A stretch of 63,833 bases of DNA, counting the filler, from Intoshia linei (Eukaryota > Animalia > Orthonectida), in assembly GCA_001642005.1 (NCBI GenBank). It is 5 parts of 5 records of this genome, joined end to end, with 100 filler letters (N's around TTAATTAATTAA, not from the genome) between each part and the next. Parts side by side here need not be neighbours in the genome. Positions count along the whole stretch, not along the records: positions 1 to 29,877 come from LWCA01000373.1; 4 more parts are not named here. The stretch is one strand, 5' to 3'. Shown piece by piece: positions 1 through 13,838 of the stretch. The notes beneath the pieces were generated by a model. It was not told the DNA's origin and searched no databases. It saw only the letters and a program-made list of their open reading frames with translations. Each line of letters starts with the position of its first letter. The first letter of the stretch is position 1. The position numbers were made by a program, and so were the translations under genes.

Positions 1-3
1 AAG

Positions 4-1546
4 GTGAAGGAGGATATCCTATTAGATCGCGCTACAAACAGACCTAAACAAATTAAGAATTTCTCCTGTTACAATTGTGGAAAAGATGGACACAACGCAA
101 AAAATAGTATCAAAAGTAATCAAAAAAAGGAGGAAATAAACTGGTTTGAACTACAAGAGGGACGCTCACATACGATAAAAAAGGTATCCCATAATGGAGG
201 AAACATTAGAGGTAAAATTTTTGATTGACACCGGGTCGAGTTTGAATACTATAAATAGATCCGGTGTAGACCGTTTATCCAAGGCAAAAATTTCATATTC
301 TAATAAAACAATTTACGGATACAATAATTCAACAATTACTAATTTAATGTGTATTTACCTATGTATAAGAAATTCTGACCCTGTCATATTTTATGTCACT
401 GATTATTGTAGTATTATAGGAGTTGAATTGGCCCAAAGACTAGGACTGGTAGTTATAAACGTACCAAAACAATTTAATAATTACAGCACATCTATATTAC
501 TTGTTTGTAGTAAGACCTACTTATTCCTGGTTACACAGTACTTACAAATTTTCTTTGAAAAACCTGGCAAAATCCGTAATTATTTCCATTCAATAGATTT
601 ACTTCCAAACACTCGTGTATATAACGGTCCTATCTATTTTATTCTTTACAACCTTCGAACAACATTTTCAAATAAAATTAAAGAAATACTGCAAACTAAA
701 ATAATCGAACCATTAAACTCGGCATACAGATCTCCTTATTTTTTCGTTCCCAAGAAAGATGGATCTCAAAAGTTAGTCATCGACTTCCGAAAACTAAATA
801 AGATCACTAAAACAGACGCATATCCAATGATGAATCCTAACACTATCCTTGATGAACTAAAAGGTAAAACGGTGTTTTCAGTATTTGACCTCTCCAGTGG
901 TTTCTGGCAAATACCCCTTAAGCCCGAGGATCGACACAAAACTGCGTTTGCGATTGGGAAAGTCTTTATTATTTCTGTGTGATGCCTTTCGGATTGGTAA
1001 ATACACCCGCGACATGTCAACGGGTTATGAACGAAATAACGGCAGACCTTGAAGGTGTGCATTGTTATATGGACGATATCCTAGTATGCTCGAGAGATCC
1101 AGAAGAACATAAGGTGCATTTACAGAAACTATTTCGTAAGTTAAAACTAGCTGGCTTAACATTGAAACCACAGAAATGTAGAATAGGTATGAATGAAGTA
1201 AAATTTTTGGCTCACGTGATCAACGGCAGCGGTATAGGTATAGATCCTGAGAAAGCTTCACTCGGTAGTTGCAAGTTTGTGTTTCTTACCTACTCAAAAA
1301 AATCAAAAATCTCCTCTAAAACTTTTGACCGGTTACAATGCCTTCCTACATAATCACAATAAATCTAGATTAGCCGATCTCATAGCAAAATCGAAAGTTT
1401 ATTGCAAACAATACACAAGAAATATGAAAAAATCATATGACAAAAATCTTAAGAATTATAGACATGACTTTGATTACACTCCAAATCATCCGATCACATC
1501 CAAGGAACTATTTTTATACAAAAAAATCACATCTCGTCAAAATTTT
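4..1546 (+). mobile_element. Degenerate Ty3/Gypsy LTR retrotransposon internal region (gag Zn-knuckle, aspartic protease, RT; RNase H/integrase largely deleted)
   Basis: CYNCGKDGHNAKNS knuckle (last Cys lost), FLIDTGS protease motif, RT motifs LVIDFRKLN, FDLSSGFWQI, MPFGLVNTPATCQ, CYMDDIL; split over four frames by frameshifts; runs off the window start. Confidence 0.92.
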
Positions 1547-1556
1547 AGGAGGGAGG
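1547..1556 (+). other. Polypurine tract (PPT) of the retrotransposon
   Basis: AGGAGGGAGG directly abutting TGTAGT. Confidence 0.75.
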
Positions 1557-2070
1557 TGTAGTATTGGTATCATCCCAACACTAAATCAAGATAGAAAATA
1601 AACTTTATATTAATTGTAAACCGTATAAAAACGTGTTTCAAAAATTAAACGTTTTTCATTACGAATTTTAAATACATTACTGTATTCATTTTTTATATTT
1701 TGTAATAATTTTGGTAAAAAATAATTCTATATAGCTATGTCTTATAATTGAAAAAAATATGATTCTCATACAGCTTATTCCAGTGTATTTAGATTCAAAA
1801 TTCAAATCTATAAATCTTCGCATTCCTGAAGAAAAATAACGGTTAATGATATCAACCATTATTTTTCAAAATTTTTAAATTAAAATTTAAATATTCATCC
1901 CATAATTTCAAAAAAATGTGAATTAACGTCTTAACACGTTTGAAATACAAAAATATGAGTTTAAAACTAATAAATTGAATTTTACATTCTGTGTATTCTC
2001 TTTTTATGTGTAATGTGAAAAAAATACTATTTATTATTATTATTGATAGTATTATTTCATATCCACTACA
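1557..2070 (+). repeat. Putative 3' LTR (~514 bp)
   Basis: Starts TGTAGT immediately after the PPT and ends ACTACA (6-bp terminal inverted repeat, TG...CA). The 5' LTR is outside the window, so the boundary cannot be verified. Confidence 0.6.
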
Positions 2071-2602
2071 GTTACGAAATACGAAATATGTAAAAAAACA
2101 TTAAGCTAGAATTCTCTCGTACCTCAATATCCTAAAAAATAATGTATAGTTGGGTACAAAATAATAATTGCATTTGTATTATGTAAAATTTTCAAATGCA
2201 TATATGTATTACAGTATTGTTAAGTGCAATCTGAAATTAACACAATATATTAAAAGTAGGTCATAATAAAGTGGTAAGTAAACATCTTTTGAAAACTTGT
2301 GTTAAATAGGAAAAATGTAATTTTCCTATATGAAACTGATAATATCATCAATTTGGAAATTGGATAAATTTACTTTACTAACATATTAACATTCTACTTT
2401 CAGTATCCTGGTACCTAGATTAATAATCGATGAAAGTCTAGATTTTAATAAAGAGCGTCATGATATTGTAACATATATAATCCAATTTAACTTATAAAAT
2501 TTATTGTTTTAATTTAAAACAGTTTGTTATTTGCATTTACCCCTAAATGATCAACCAACATTTGTTGAGATTCAGTTAGTTGTATAGTTACTGTTGAATG
2601 TA

Positions 2603-5600
2603 ATGAGTAAATTACCGTATAAAAAACATTTAAACATTACCAAGTCGATTCAAAAATTAAAATTTTCTTCTACTGAAACAAGTAATTCCGATAGTGCTTT
2701 GAATAAACACGATTCGTTTTGCGAAGAAGACGAGACTATGAAACATCCTACAATTACAAGTTATAGTCTTGATTTAAATTCATCAAAGATACTTTCAATA
2801 CCACACCAATTTGTCAAAAAAACATTTAATAAACCAAACTATTGCCACCAATGCTGTGAATTTTTATGGGGGTTTATAAATCAAGGCTATATTTGCTCCG
2901 GTAATTTTATTTTATATAAATTTAAGTGTTTATGGGTACATTTTCGTAATTATTTTAAGATTGTAATTTTGTATGTCATGAACGATGCATCAATATAATA
3001 ACGTGCCCGTGTCCAAAGAATAAAACATTATCTATTAAAAAGGTATATCTCGATTCGATTTTTATAAATTTCTATAGACCAATATCCCGCATTTTTGGAG
3101 TGAAAGTGTGTATTGCAAAAGAAAGTTTTGCAATTATTGTAGGAAGCGAATAGATCAAACTGGATATTTTTGTATTAGTAATGTTTATATTACTCATAAT
3201 CTTATTTACTCAATCGTTTAATTATAGAAGCTATTTTACTAATATCAATAATTCATCAATCAATAAGTAAAAAATTATTAGTCAAATTTTCAGTCATGAA
3301 AGTTTATCAATAATTTTAAATGACATTTTGATTAGATACGCATATAATATACAATAGTATATCGTATTTTATAATTCCTAAACAGGGGTAATTAAAACGT
3401 CAGGGAATACTTAAGCGTTCGGGTCAAATTGTGGGAATTTTATAAAATTTCTGACTTTTATACCCATCCAACAATTTTGTAATTAATATAAACTAGTCTA
3501 AATGAAATGTTAAGATTTCAAATATTTTTTGGAAAACCACATCTATTTTTTTTCAATTTTTCATCAATCAGATCTCAATCGATAAGCATATACACCAGAC
3601 AAAATTTGATTGCGGCCAGCAAAAACGATTTACTAGTGCATGACACGACCATTATGCTTGTGCATATCCTCTTAAAGCATATTATGGAAATTATCTTCGA
3701 TCACTGGTTTGCCATAACTGCATTAGAAGTTAATGTTTGTGATGAATTGGATTAGAAAAATAATTTAGATAATTTTGCTTGTTGAAAAGTATCTTACAAA
3801 CGTTTGCTTCAAATGTATGGTAGAGTAAAAAAATTTAAATTAAGTAGGTAGTAGATAAGCAAACTTTGGGAATCCTTTTTTGGTTATATATTCAATTTTT
3901 TAATTATATTTAATAGTACGACCAATGGTCGCGACTATATTTTTAAATACGTAAAAATATAAATTATGAGCAGGGAACTTAATTATAACTTTCTATGCTT
4001 TTTTACAGCTTTTAAAAAATTATTTTTATTTTTATATTTAGTAGTACGACCAATGGTCGTCGACCATATTTATAAATACGTAAAATATTGAATATTGAAT
4101 TAAAATAAATATTGATCCAAATTCTGACAAAGCGTAACTGTACGTGAAGTTTCACGTTTTTACTAGCTATAAGTTAACTGCACATGATATGTTATTGGAA
4201 TATATAAACCAGAGGTTCAAGGTGCATTATTAGCCCTCAGAAGCACATATTATAATCATCATCTTATTCATTATGAGTAAGGCACTTAATTACAACTTTC
4301 TATGAAAAAACCACCATAAAGGACTCGTAAAACTGGATTTTTCCCTTAAAGGTTGGTAACGCAGGAATTTTCCCATAAGGTTGATAAAATTAGAATGTTT
4401 TTAAGGGTTGGTAAAAATGCTGTTGTTAAATTTTGATTTTTAGTACAAATGGTTGGATTTAAGTAGACCTCAAATTTCAAATTTGAATTTAAAAATTTTC
4501 TCGATAAATTTATTTACATAATGTCCAAATTGTAGCAATACAACCATAATAAGCCTTATAATGAAAATGAAATTGTCATAACAACATTAATATACTAATT
4601 AATTTTGTATTTTAAATTAGTATGCAATTACCATGTTCATGGAAATTGTCGGAAAACGTCAGGAGCAAATTGTAGATACACTTATGCAACGTATAAAAAA
4701 AAGTCGCTTTATTATGAAATGGTAAATTTGGTAAATTTTATTGTTCAAATCATTTTAGATAAATTGTGATGAATACAATCTACACCATTGGATCGAAGGA
4801 AATTTAAATCCAAACAATAAATGTTACATTTGCAGAAAAAGTTGTTATAATGTGGATTGTTTAACTTCTTATAATTGTACTCAGTGCGACATATCGGTAA
4901 TATATTGTATAATATACATGTATATTATATTATGAATTATTAACTAGGTCCATTTCAACTGTTTAGTCAATCCAGTTGTCGAGGTACCTAAAATATGCTG
5001 TTTTGGTTTACTCTATAATATAATTTTACCGACAAAGGCTGTTTTGTTTCCGTTTGAGGGTGAAAAAAACATGTCTCATGTTTATCGTATTCATGAAAAA
5101 CGTATTTTGAATTAATAAATAGAAATATAATATTTTGTAGGAACTTCTCCTTTGGGTAATTAATATTTAACATATTAATATATAAACTTGTATATTTGAG
5201 TTATTGTTTCTATAGGTTTCAGTGAAACTTCTACGAGTGGCGGGATAGATGCCCGAAACGATGAGGAACATACCATCGGAACTAGACTGAAAAATTATAA
5301 AGATAAAGATGATGGTATTTTTAATTATATTAGAAAAATAGTGTAATTCCTGGTTAACGGTATTACTCGCGTTAAAACTCAACCGAAAAATTCTGTTAAT
5401 ATTGAGATTTTTATGATGTGTAATTGTGCAATATTGTCACAACCGAATTTACAAATGAGTATATTTGTATAGTAAACAGATTTTCAAATTTAGTTATAAT
5501 TAAAAATTTAAAGAAAAACGTAATCCAAAAAAATACTAACTGTACTTGAATAATATTTGAATATTGTTGAAATGTGTATAAATTTTTCTTAATGGTTTGT

Positions 5601-8600
5601 TATCCGTGTGTAGTTCACAATAAATCCTCTAATTTGTAATTATTTTATTAGAATATTAGTTTATAAAAAATTCCGTTAACGAGAAACTAAATTTGTATAC
5701 TTTTAACTTTTAATTAGCAAGCATAAGAGTTTATGATGGACTATATTCAGTTAAACAAGGAAGTTATCATTCGTGCTCTATAACGAATAATAATGAGAAA
5801 CCTATGGATATTTTGGTAATTTGAAATATTAAAGCTGTAAAAATGATAATAAGTAAAATTTATGATTAATTAATATAAAAATAATTTTAGACAAAAGTGC
5901 TCTGTTACTATAAAATTATTGAAAATAAGGATGAATACTTTTTGACAGAACTAACCACCAATGGTAAACTTAATTAAACTGTATACATTTGCCCACATAC
6001 ATATATTTTAGATATAGAATTTATTGGTAATGCTTTTAACGAAGTTGACCCAATCATCAAACAAGTGAAATTTGTGGTGGAAAATCGAAGAGCTCTAGTC
6101 TATTTGCGGCATATTCCACAAAAGGATGTTTCTGTTCCATGCTACATAATGAGGTAAGAATGATTGTCGAGTAGTACATGAAAAATAGATATGATATTGT
6201 TAATCATATGAAGACTCATTTTTCCCAAGAAAATATAAGGATTAATGAGTGCACAACATCTATGCAGCTTATAGAAACATATCTTAAAAGTTCGGGTTTA
6301 GAGGTACATTTATATTAGATTTAACAAATAAAAGATTATATTTTTATTAGTATTTAATTACGATATATTTTAGCATGAACTATCAGAAGATTATGAATTA
6401 TTTTACGTTGTATCTGGACTAAAAATGCAGAATGTCAAATTAGTTGAAGACGAAAAACCTTTGCATTTATATAATTCTACATATAACGTATTTATAATCA
6501 TATCACGCTCTGTAACCTAACGACTACGGACCTGAATAAATTTCTTCAGAAGCGCTATTTTTATAACGCTTGTTATCAAAGTGTAGGGGCCTTAAACTTT
6601 TTGACGAATGGGCACATTTTATAATTTTATAGTTTCGTGGCACCAAATTTAACCTTTACTTGTATAAAAATTGAAAAATAAAGTCTGTGATAACGTTTAA
6701 TATCAAAATTATAATAAGTGTCCTGGAATTAAAACACCAATTTCTAGTACTATTTTTCAAGTAATGTTATGATCTAAAGTCGGGCACCCTTTTATCGTAT
6801 CGTAAACATAATGGTACCCACGAATACAAGGAAGAGAACTTTTGGGTAACGCGTCCATTGAATGGACTCCATTCAGGCATCGATATATTGCCCACAATGA
6901 TAATTGTGATACTTGAATAAAAAATTTCACTTTTTGACTAGAAACTATAATCGGAAAATTTATTTTTTACTTTTTTATCTAGCATTCAGTTTTGCTGGCT
7001 CTCCGATCTTATTTTCTGGTAAAAATGAAGGAAAATGAATCAAAACTGGACACAATATCTTCATTGTCTCGAATATCGGTATATGTCGTTAATTTTCCAA
7101 ATAATCTATCTGAAAAAAAATACAAACAAATCATTGATGATTATCTACATCTGTCTAATGGGGGTTTAATTTTTATAATAATAATTATTCAAACATTTTC
7201 TAGATTTCATAGAATATGAGTTAAACGCCATATATCATGAATTTGGAACCATAATTATTTCTTTTGAAAACTCAAAAGATGCCAATATTGCTATACAAAG
7301 ATTTCAATCTGTCACAATCAACGATAAACAAGTTTATTCCAATTTACTACCAATCATTAACGAAAAAGTACCAGTTAATATTCTCAAACAATTATAATAA
7401 TTATAGATGATTCCTGACGATGTAGTACCATTATTAGTATTGATAAATGTCAAATCGGGAGGCCAACAAGGTCAAGACCTTATTAAATTCTTTAGAAGAG
7501 TTTTGAATCCACACCAAATATTTGATTTAATGAACGGGGGACCGTTACCAGCGTAATTTTTTTAGGCTTAGATATACATGTATATTTTGTAGATTTTATG
7601 CATTTCGCAATGTACCCAAGTATCGGGTCTTTGTCTGTGGTGGAGATGGTTCTATTGGGTGGGCTCTACGTTGTCTGGACAACGTTGGACAGGATGCCGT
7701 TTGTAGTTCCCCACCTATAGCAATTTTACCACTAGGAACCGGTTATTCATTAATTTTAAATCAAATGTAATGTATTCATGTATAGGAAACGATATGGCTA
7801 GAGTGATGAACTGGGGTTCTGGATATTCTGAATCAGACGATTTATATCAAATATTAAGTGATGTTAAAAATTCATCGGAAGCTGATCTAGACAGGTATTC
7901 AAACTTATAATTTATTAATACACGTTCATATTTTACAGATGGACTGTAATGCTACAACCCCATCAAAAACAAAATGATAAAACGAGCTACATGGATGATA
8001 CATCTGATCGAAATTTGGTTGTAGTAATGAACAGTTATTGCGGCATTGGAATTGATGCAGAATTTTCTCTATCGTTTCATAAAGCAAGAGAGCAAAACCC
8101 GGATAAATTCAATAGCAGGTTTATTATAATGTTTACTTTTTAAAAATGACATAGATTGCGAAACAAGGGGGCTTATTTTTTGATTGGTTTAAGAAAATTT
8201 TTAAATTACAAACCATCCACGCAATTTCGAAAAAATGTTAAGCTGTTTGTGGACGGAGAAGAAATTATAATCCCTATTGTTGAAGGAATTCTTATATCAA
8301 ACATAATGAGTTGGGGCTCTGGAGCCAATGCCTGGGGCAGCAACAAAAATGGTGATTTCAACGAACCTACATACAGCGACCATTTGTTAGAAATAATCGG
8401 CTTCTCTGGCATAGTACACATGGCACAAATTAAAAGTGGACTACGAAGTGGAATTCGGATTGCACAAGGCGAAAATGTATATTCTGATATTATTGAAACA
8501 CTTTTTTTTAGATAAAAATATCTTTAAATACCGATATATCGATACAAATAGATGGTGAACCCTGGCGTCAATCTGCTGGAGAATTGGTTATTAGTAGATC

Positions 8601-8772
8601 AGCGTTAAAAGTATATTCCATATTATTTACATTACACATTTTATAGGCAAAAATGTTGATAAAACCAAAGACGAAAGCTCGATTAATCCAATCAAGTACA
8701 GATTCTGGTTTAGTGGCAAAAATAAGTGATTTAAATGAGTTAAGACACAAAAAATTCGAAAGGTGGTTTTAA
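2603..8772 (+). CDS. DGKQ: Diacylglycerol kinase, theta type (three C1 domains, RA/RRM-like middle, DAGK catalytic and accessory domains); multi-exon
   Basis: [23 protein letters not shown] and HHWIEGNL C1 motifs; [60 protein letters not shown]; GT-AG introns; stop TAA at 8770-8772. Confidence 0.9.
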
Positions 8773-9732
8773 TTTTTCCTTTATTATTATATTAGTCTAG
8801 ACATGTTTATTAACAAATGAAAATTATAAATTTTAATTTTATAATTTATTGCTGGACAATAAAAAATGATGGAATTATTATTTATGTTATATAATAAATT
8901 TATTTCTGTCTACAAATGGGTTAAGCTCGTATTATCTCTACTCTATTGTGCGTACTGAGGAAATCTGTTATATTGGTCAATTATTTATGAAATGTATTTA
9001 AAAATATTCTAATTTGTTTACATTATTGGGCATTTGAAAAGACAGAAAACCCTCATTAATTGTAATGTAATGGAAACTTGGAATTTTAAGAGTAAACGCA
9101 TCTACAAGGGAATAGATAATACAATACTTCCAGTTAAATTCTCATTTTGTACAAGTTTTGTAAGAATCATCAATTTTCAAAGTCCTTTATTTCAATATTA
9201 AATAATTACAAATAATAATTCTTTTTTAACTTATTTTTCTAATTTTCATGAAACATCCAATATTTCCATTTATTTTAGTTATCTTTTTTTCATAAATTAA
9301 TTTATCATCAATTTCCATAGAAAGCGTCACTTTTCCCAGAATTTTAAAATAATTTAGACATGGATTGTTCTAATGTCAAATTAATAAAAATTCTGTAAAT
9401 TCCTTAATTAACTGGGAAAGTGGCAATCTTAATTAAAAATCTCTATATTAATTATAAAGACAATAAAAATCCTTAACTTGCATAAAAGTAATGGTTTTGT
9501 GCAGAACCAAATGTACAGTACTTTAGACCTTCATCGGATGCGGTCTCATTTCTCCATCTTCAGCATTAAAAAAATATTTTTCAAGATCATGACTATATTC
9601 GGTGTCAAATTTAAAAGGTAAAATTCAGATCTGTGTAGAAATGGCTAATACTATATGATTTTGAACATTATATTACATACATACATTGTAGTTGTATTTA
9701 TTAAACATTATTTATACATTTATTTAATTTTT

Positions 9733-12700
9733 TTAATCTCGATCGGTAGATGCAGAGGATACTTTATGAATTTTTGATATTATATCGCTTAAATCTTGTA
9801 TAAATATTTTTATCTAAACGGTGAATAAATTAAAATGCCCAATAATTATACAAATTTACCTTTGTCAACTGAAAACTGGTGTCCATGTTATCGATATTTT
9901 TTTTTTTAATATTTTGGTGTTTGCTTATTAATTGATAAAGGTTGTGTACTGCCCTAGAATATTCATCAAATTAAATATTATTTATATTATTTTTTAATTA
10001 TACATTTTAATTCGACTTATTTCCAAATCTTTGTATGACATAGAACTTTTTATATGTAGCCAATTTTGTTCCCATTTACAAGAATTTCCGAAAGCCTTGT
10101 CGTATTTATTTTGTAGGTACATGAGTTGATTATTTAAATTCAATGATTCGTTGCTCATCGACTAATGTAATATAATCATAATAGTGTATTAGAATATGAT
10201 AATCGATTTATTATTAGTACTTAACACTTTTTAAGGTCAGTAATTTTAAATACGCTCTTTATATTCCCCATCAAGGTGTATTGAAGTATAATTGTATTTT
10301 ATTTTGAAACAACTAATATTAAATATGAATTTTATGCACTCAATCAGGACTCTAATCTGTCAGTATTAACTAAAAACGACAATAGTATAAAAATAAACCT
10401 CAATGTATTTTAAGAGCATTAACTTTTTGTCTTGAAGCATATTTTGATTTTCCATTTCCATGTCTATCAGATCCTGAAAAATATTTTTCTTATTAATTAT
10501 TATTAAATTTATTAAAATAATAATTAGTAACGAAGCGACGATTCCAAGAAATTGATTTTTTTTACGATTCCAATTCAATATTATTTTTTTTAAAAAAAAT
10601 AAAAATGTTTTTTTATGATGATTTTAAGCATTTTAATTTGTTATTTCGTAGTTCTATAAATTCGATTATTATCGATTATTTTTCCAATTAAAAGGTAACT
10701 AAAACTCACCAAAATACCACAAAAACAATAAGTATGATTCAAAAGTATTTAGAATCGCATCGGATTAGGATTTTTTTATGAATCGAATCGGCAACGGAAT
10801 TATAAAAAATTTAGGAATCATCGCATCACTAGTTTTTAGTCGCTATTAGTTGACTGCACGTGACGTGCAATTTTGAATATATAAACTAGTGGTTCTCAAT
10901 TTCAGAATTTCAAGGTGCATTATTCGCATTCAAGAGCACATATTAATATTAATCATGATCTCATACATAATGAGTTTGGGAACCTAATTACAACTTTTTA
11001 TGCTTTTTTGCGACTTAAAAAAATTACTTATTTTAGTTTTATATATAGTAGTATGACCAATGATCGTGGACTATATTTATAAATACACATAAATGTACAA
11101 CGTACATAATATAAATATTTATTTTAATATTTATCCAAATTCTGATAATTGTGTACGTGAAGTTTTTAGTCGCTAATAATTGACTGTGCATGATATTATA
11201 TTAGGAATATATAAACCTGTGTTTCTCAAGATGCATTATTCACCCTCAGAAGCACTTATTATAATCATCATCTCATACATGATGAGTAGGGAACTTAATT
11301 ACGACTTTTATTACATTATAATTAAAATTAACTTACATTCTGATTTATTTTTAAAGTCTCATGACGCGCTAAAATTTCTCTCACTTCATTAAAATCATCA
11401 TTATATTCAATTATAGATTCTAGGTATAATTTGTATTTTCCATATTTTTCGCATAGTTTTTTATATTTTTCCATGTCTAGTTTTAAGAAATCTATTTTTT
11501 CGTTTAATCTAAATTTATTTTCAATTTTCAGTTTATTAAAAATTACACTTCGATTTCGACATCCTTTTCTTTTTTTAATTTTTCTATTAAATATAGTAAA
11601 TGTACAATGTTAAAATTTACCTTCTTCGGTTATTTTTGCTAAAGCTCTATTTTTTTTCATTTCATTTTCCTATTATATCATTAATATTAATAATATATAT
11701 TTTTTTAACTTTAACTATAATTAAAAAAGGGTGTCTACTTAAATCCAACCATTTTTACTATAAATCAAAATTTACCAACACTGAAAGGAAAAATTCAGTT
11801 TTACCAACTATTAAAAAAAAAATCCAGTTTTACAGAATTGCGGAGTATTTCATAAAAATTCAATATCACAAACAAAACAAAATGAAGTTCTCAAATAGAA
11901 AGATAAGTGATAAACAAGTTATACCGGAAGCATCAGATTCAATCAAAGTTTTCTCGTGAAACCAACGGTTAACTTATATGGTGGACATGCCAATGGTTTC
12001 CATGTTTTGTGATATACCTTGCTTCGTCAGTCGTAATTGTTTGAATTATACACTGTTTACCTCTTTTTTTGTATGTCTGTTTCAGAAAATTTAGCTCTTC
12101 AAGCATGCTGTTTACATTTTACATTTTCTTTTTCACGTAAAAGGTTGATAAAAGTGGGTTTTCCATAAGGGGTGGTAAAAGTGAATTTTTAGTAAAAATG
12201 GTTGGATCTAAGTAAAAATGGTTGGATTTTAGTGAAAATGGTTGGGTTTAAAAGTCAATCTTATATAGTTTATTAAATGAAATCTAACTCTTAAAAATTT
12301 ATCAAATCTCAAAAGAGAATTTTTAAGTTTTAATTCTTTTCTGTGAAATTCATTTTTCCTGTGTTGTAAGCCTTCCATTTTCATTTGAAACTCCTATTAA
12401 CAATTATTATTTGCAATTTAATTATTAGTAATACTTCCTTCTGAGCTAAAAGTGCTTGCTCAACTTCGGCAATTTCACGTTTTTTGTCTGACAGTCTTGT
12501 TGCCGCTGTTAATTGATCGTCCCCTTTGTATGGTACATTCCTAAAATGATGTGTCGTTAAATAAAATGGTAATATTTTGCATTTTTTCTTTTCATTTTTT
12601 AATTTCAAAATTCTCATTCTAAGTATACAACCGCATTAATTAGGGTTACCCGTAAATTGATAATTAAAAGCTCATTAAAGCAATAAAAATAAAAATGTAA

Positions 12701-12912
12701 CTTTGAAAAAAGTTTAAATTAGACTTTTTTTATATTCCGAACAGGAACTCGGTTATCCATACGACACTGATTCACCTGCACGTAATGTAAAAATTACACC
12801 ATTCTTAACTGATAATACTTTGGTTTTCATATTTTTATGTATATAAAGAAAATTACAGTAACAATTTCTCTTCAAAAATGAGTTTAAAATATTCTTCAAT
12901 ATTGAATGACAT
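9733..12912 (-). CDS. CFAP73/CCDC42-family ciliary coiled-coil protein; multi-exon
   Basis: Spliced MSFNIEEYFKLIFEEKLL...DDQLTAATRLSDKKREIAEVEQALLAQKE...DTSFQLTK|IKIFIQDLSDI...* matches the N- and C-terminal motifs of the family. Confidence 0.8.
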
Positions 12913-13838
12913 TTTTGTCAATTTATTAAATTTAAAGTTTTAAATCTTGATCGTTCCAATATTGTAGTATAGCAATAACAAATAACAATACATATATAAT
13001 TTCGATAAATTACTAACAATAACGGATTATTACTGCACTATTAGCTTGACAGGTTTGTTATTTTCTTAAAACGTCGATAGCCTGCTAAGGGTGTTGTTTT
13101 TTTAATTTTTAATTAACCAAATATGCAAATATTCCAAATTCAAATATATGCTTTCAAATTTTATTAGAAAATCATAATAATAACGTTATAATTCAATTAT
13201 GACCATATATTAATGTAAAAATGCAAATAAATCAATTTGAAAGTGAAACAAAACTAAATGAAATTCAAATATAAGTTCACAATTTTTAATTTTTTTTGAA
13301 ATTGTAAGATGAATATCGAAATTTTAATTTTAATTTAAAAAATATTGGTTGATAACATGTTGATAATTAAATTGTTATTATATTAATTCGTTTTTTATAG
13401 GGCAATGTGTATTTCTGATGTTTACTTTTTTCTACATATCAACTGGGATAAACTGTATCTAATTCACAGCCGTGGAGAGTGAGCAGTAGGCCTGGGACAG
13501 ATAAAAATTGTAGGCCCTATACCATGTAGATTAAATTTAGGAGGGTAAGAATTGGACCCGAGCAGTTCCAAGTTGTACAATAAGATACAATTAAGGAAAA
13601 TACAAGTTTATTTAAAATTAATTTTTGAATTAAATGTGAGCCATTTTGAACATTTGAACATTTTATTTCAATTAACCCTTTACTGCTTGCCCTAGTCAAA
13701 AACTTTAACCATTCTAGGCATGTCACCATGAAAACGAAAATTTATAAAAAATACAATGACATAACAATATACTTCAGTTTAAATTAACATTTATTTGATC
13801 ATATTACCAAAACTTACTTACAATTCTATCACTTATAA

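Noticed and set aside
100-230. Programmed gag-pol frameshift at the A-run
   Set aside because: The element has several other frameshifts, so decay cannot be distinguished from programming.
11180-11959. Hydrophobic F/I/L/K-rich ORFs
   Set aside because: Chance ORFs in AT-rich repeat sequence of the CFAP73 intron.
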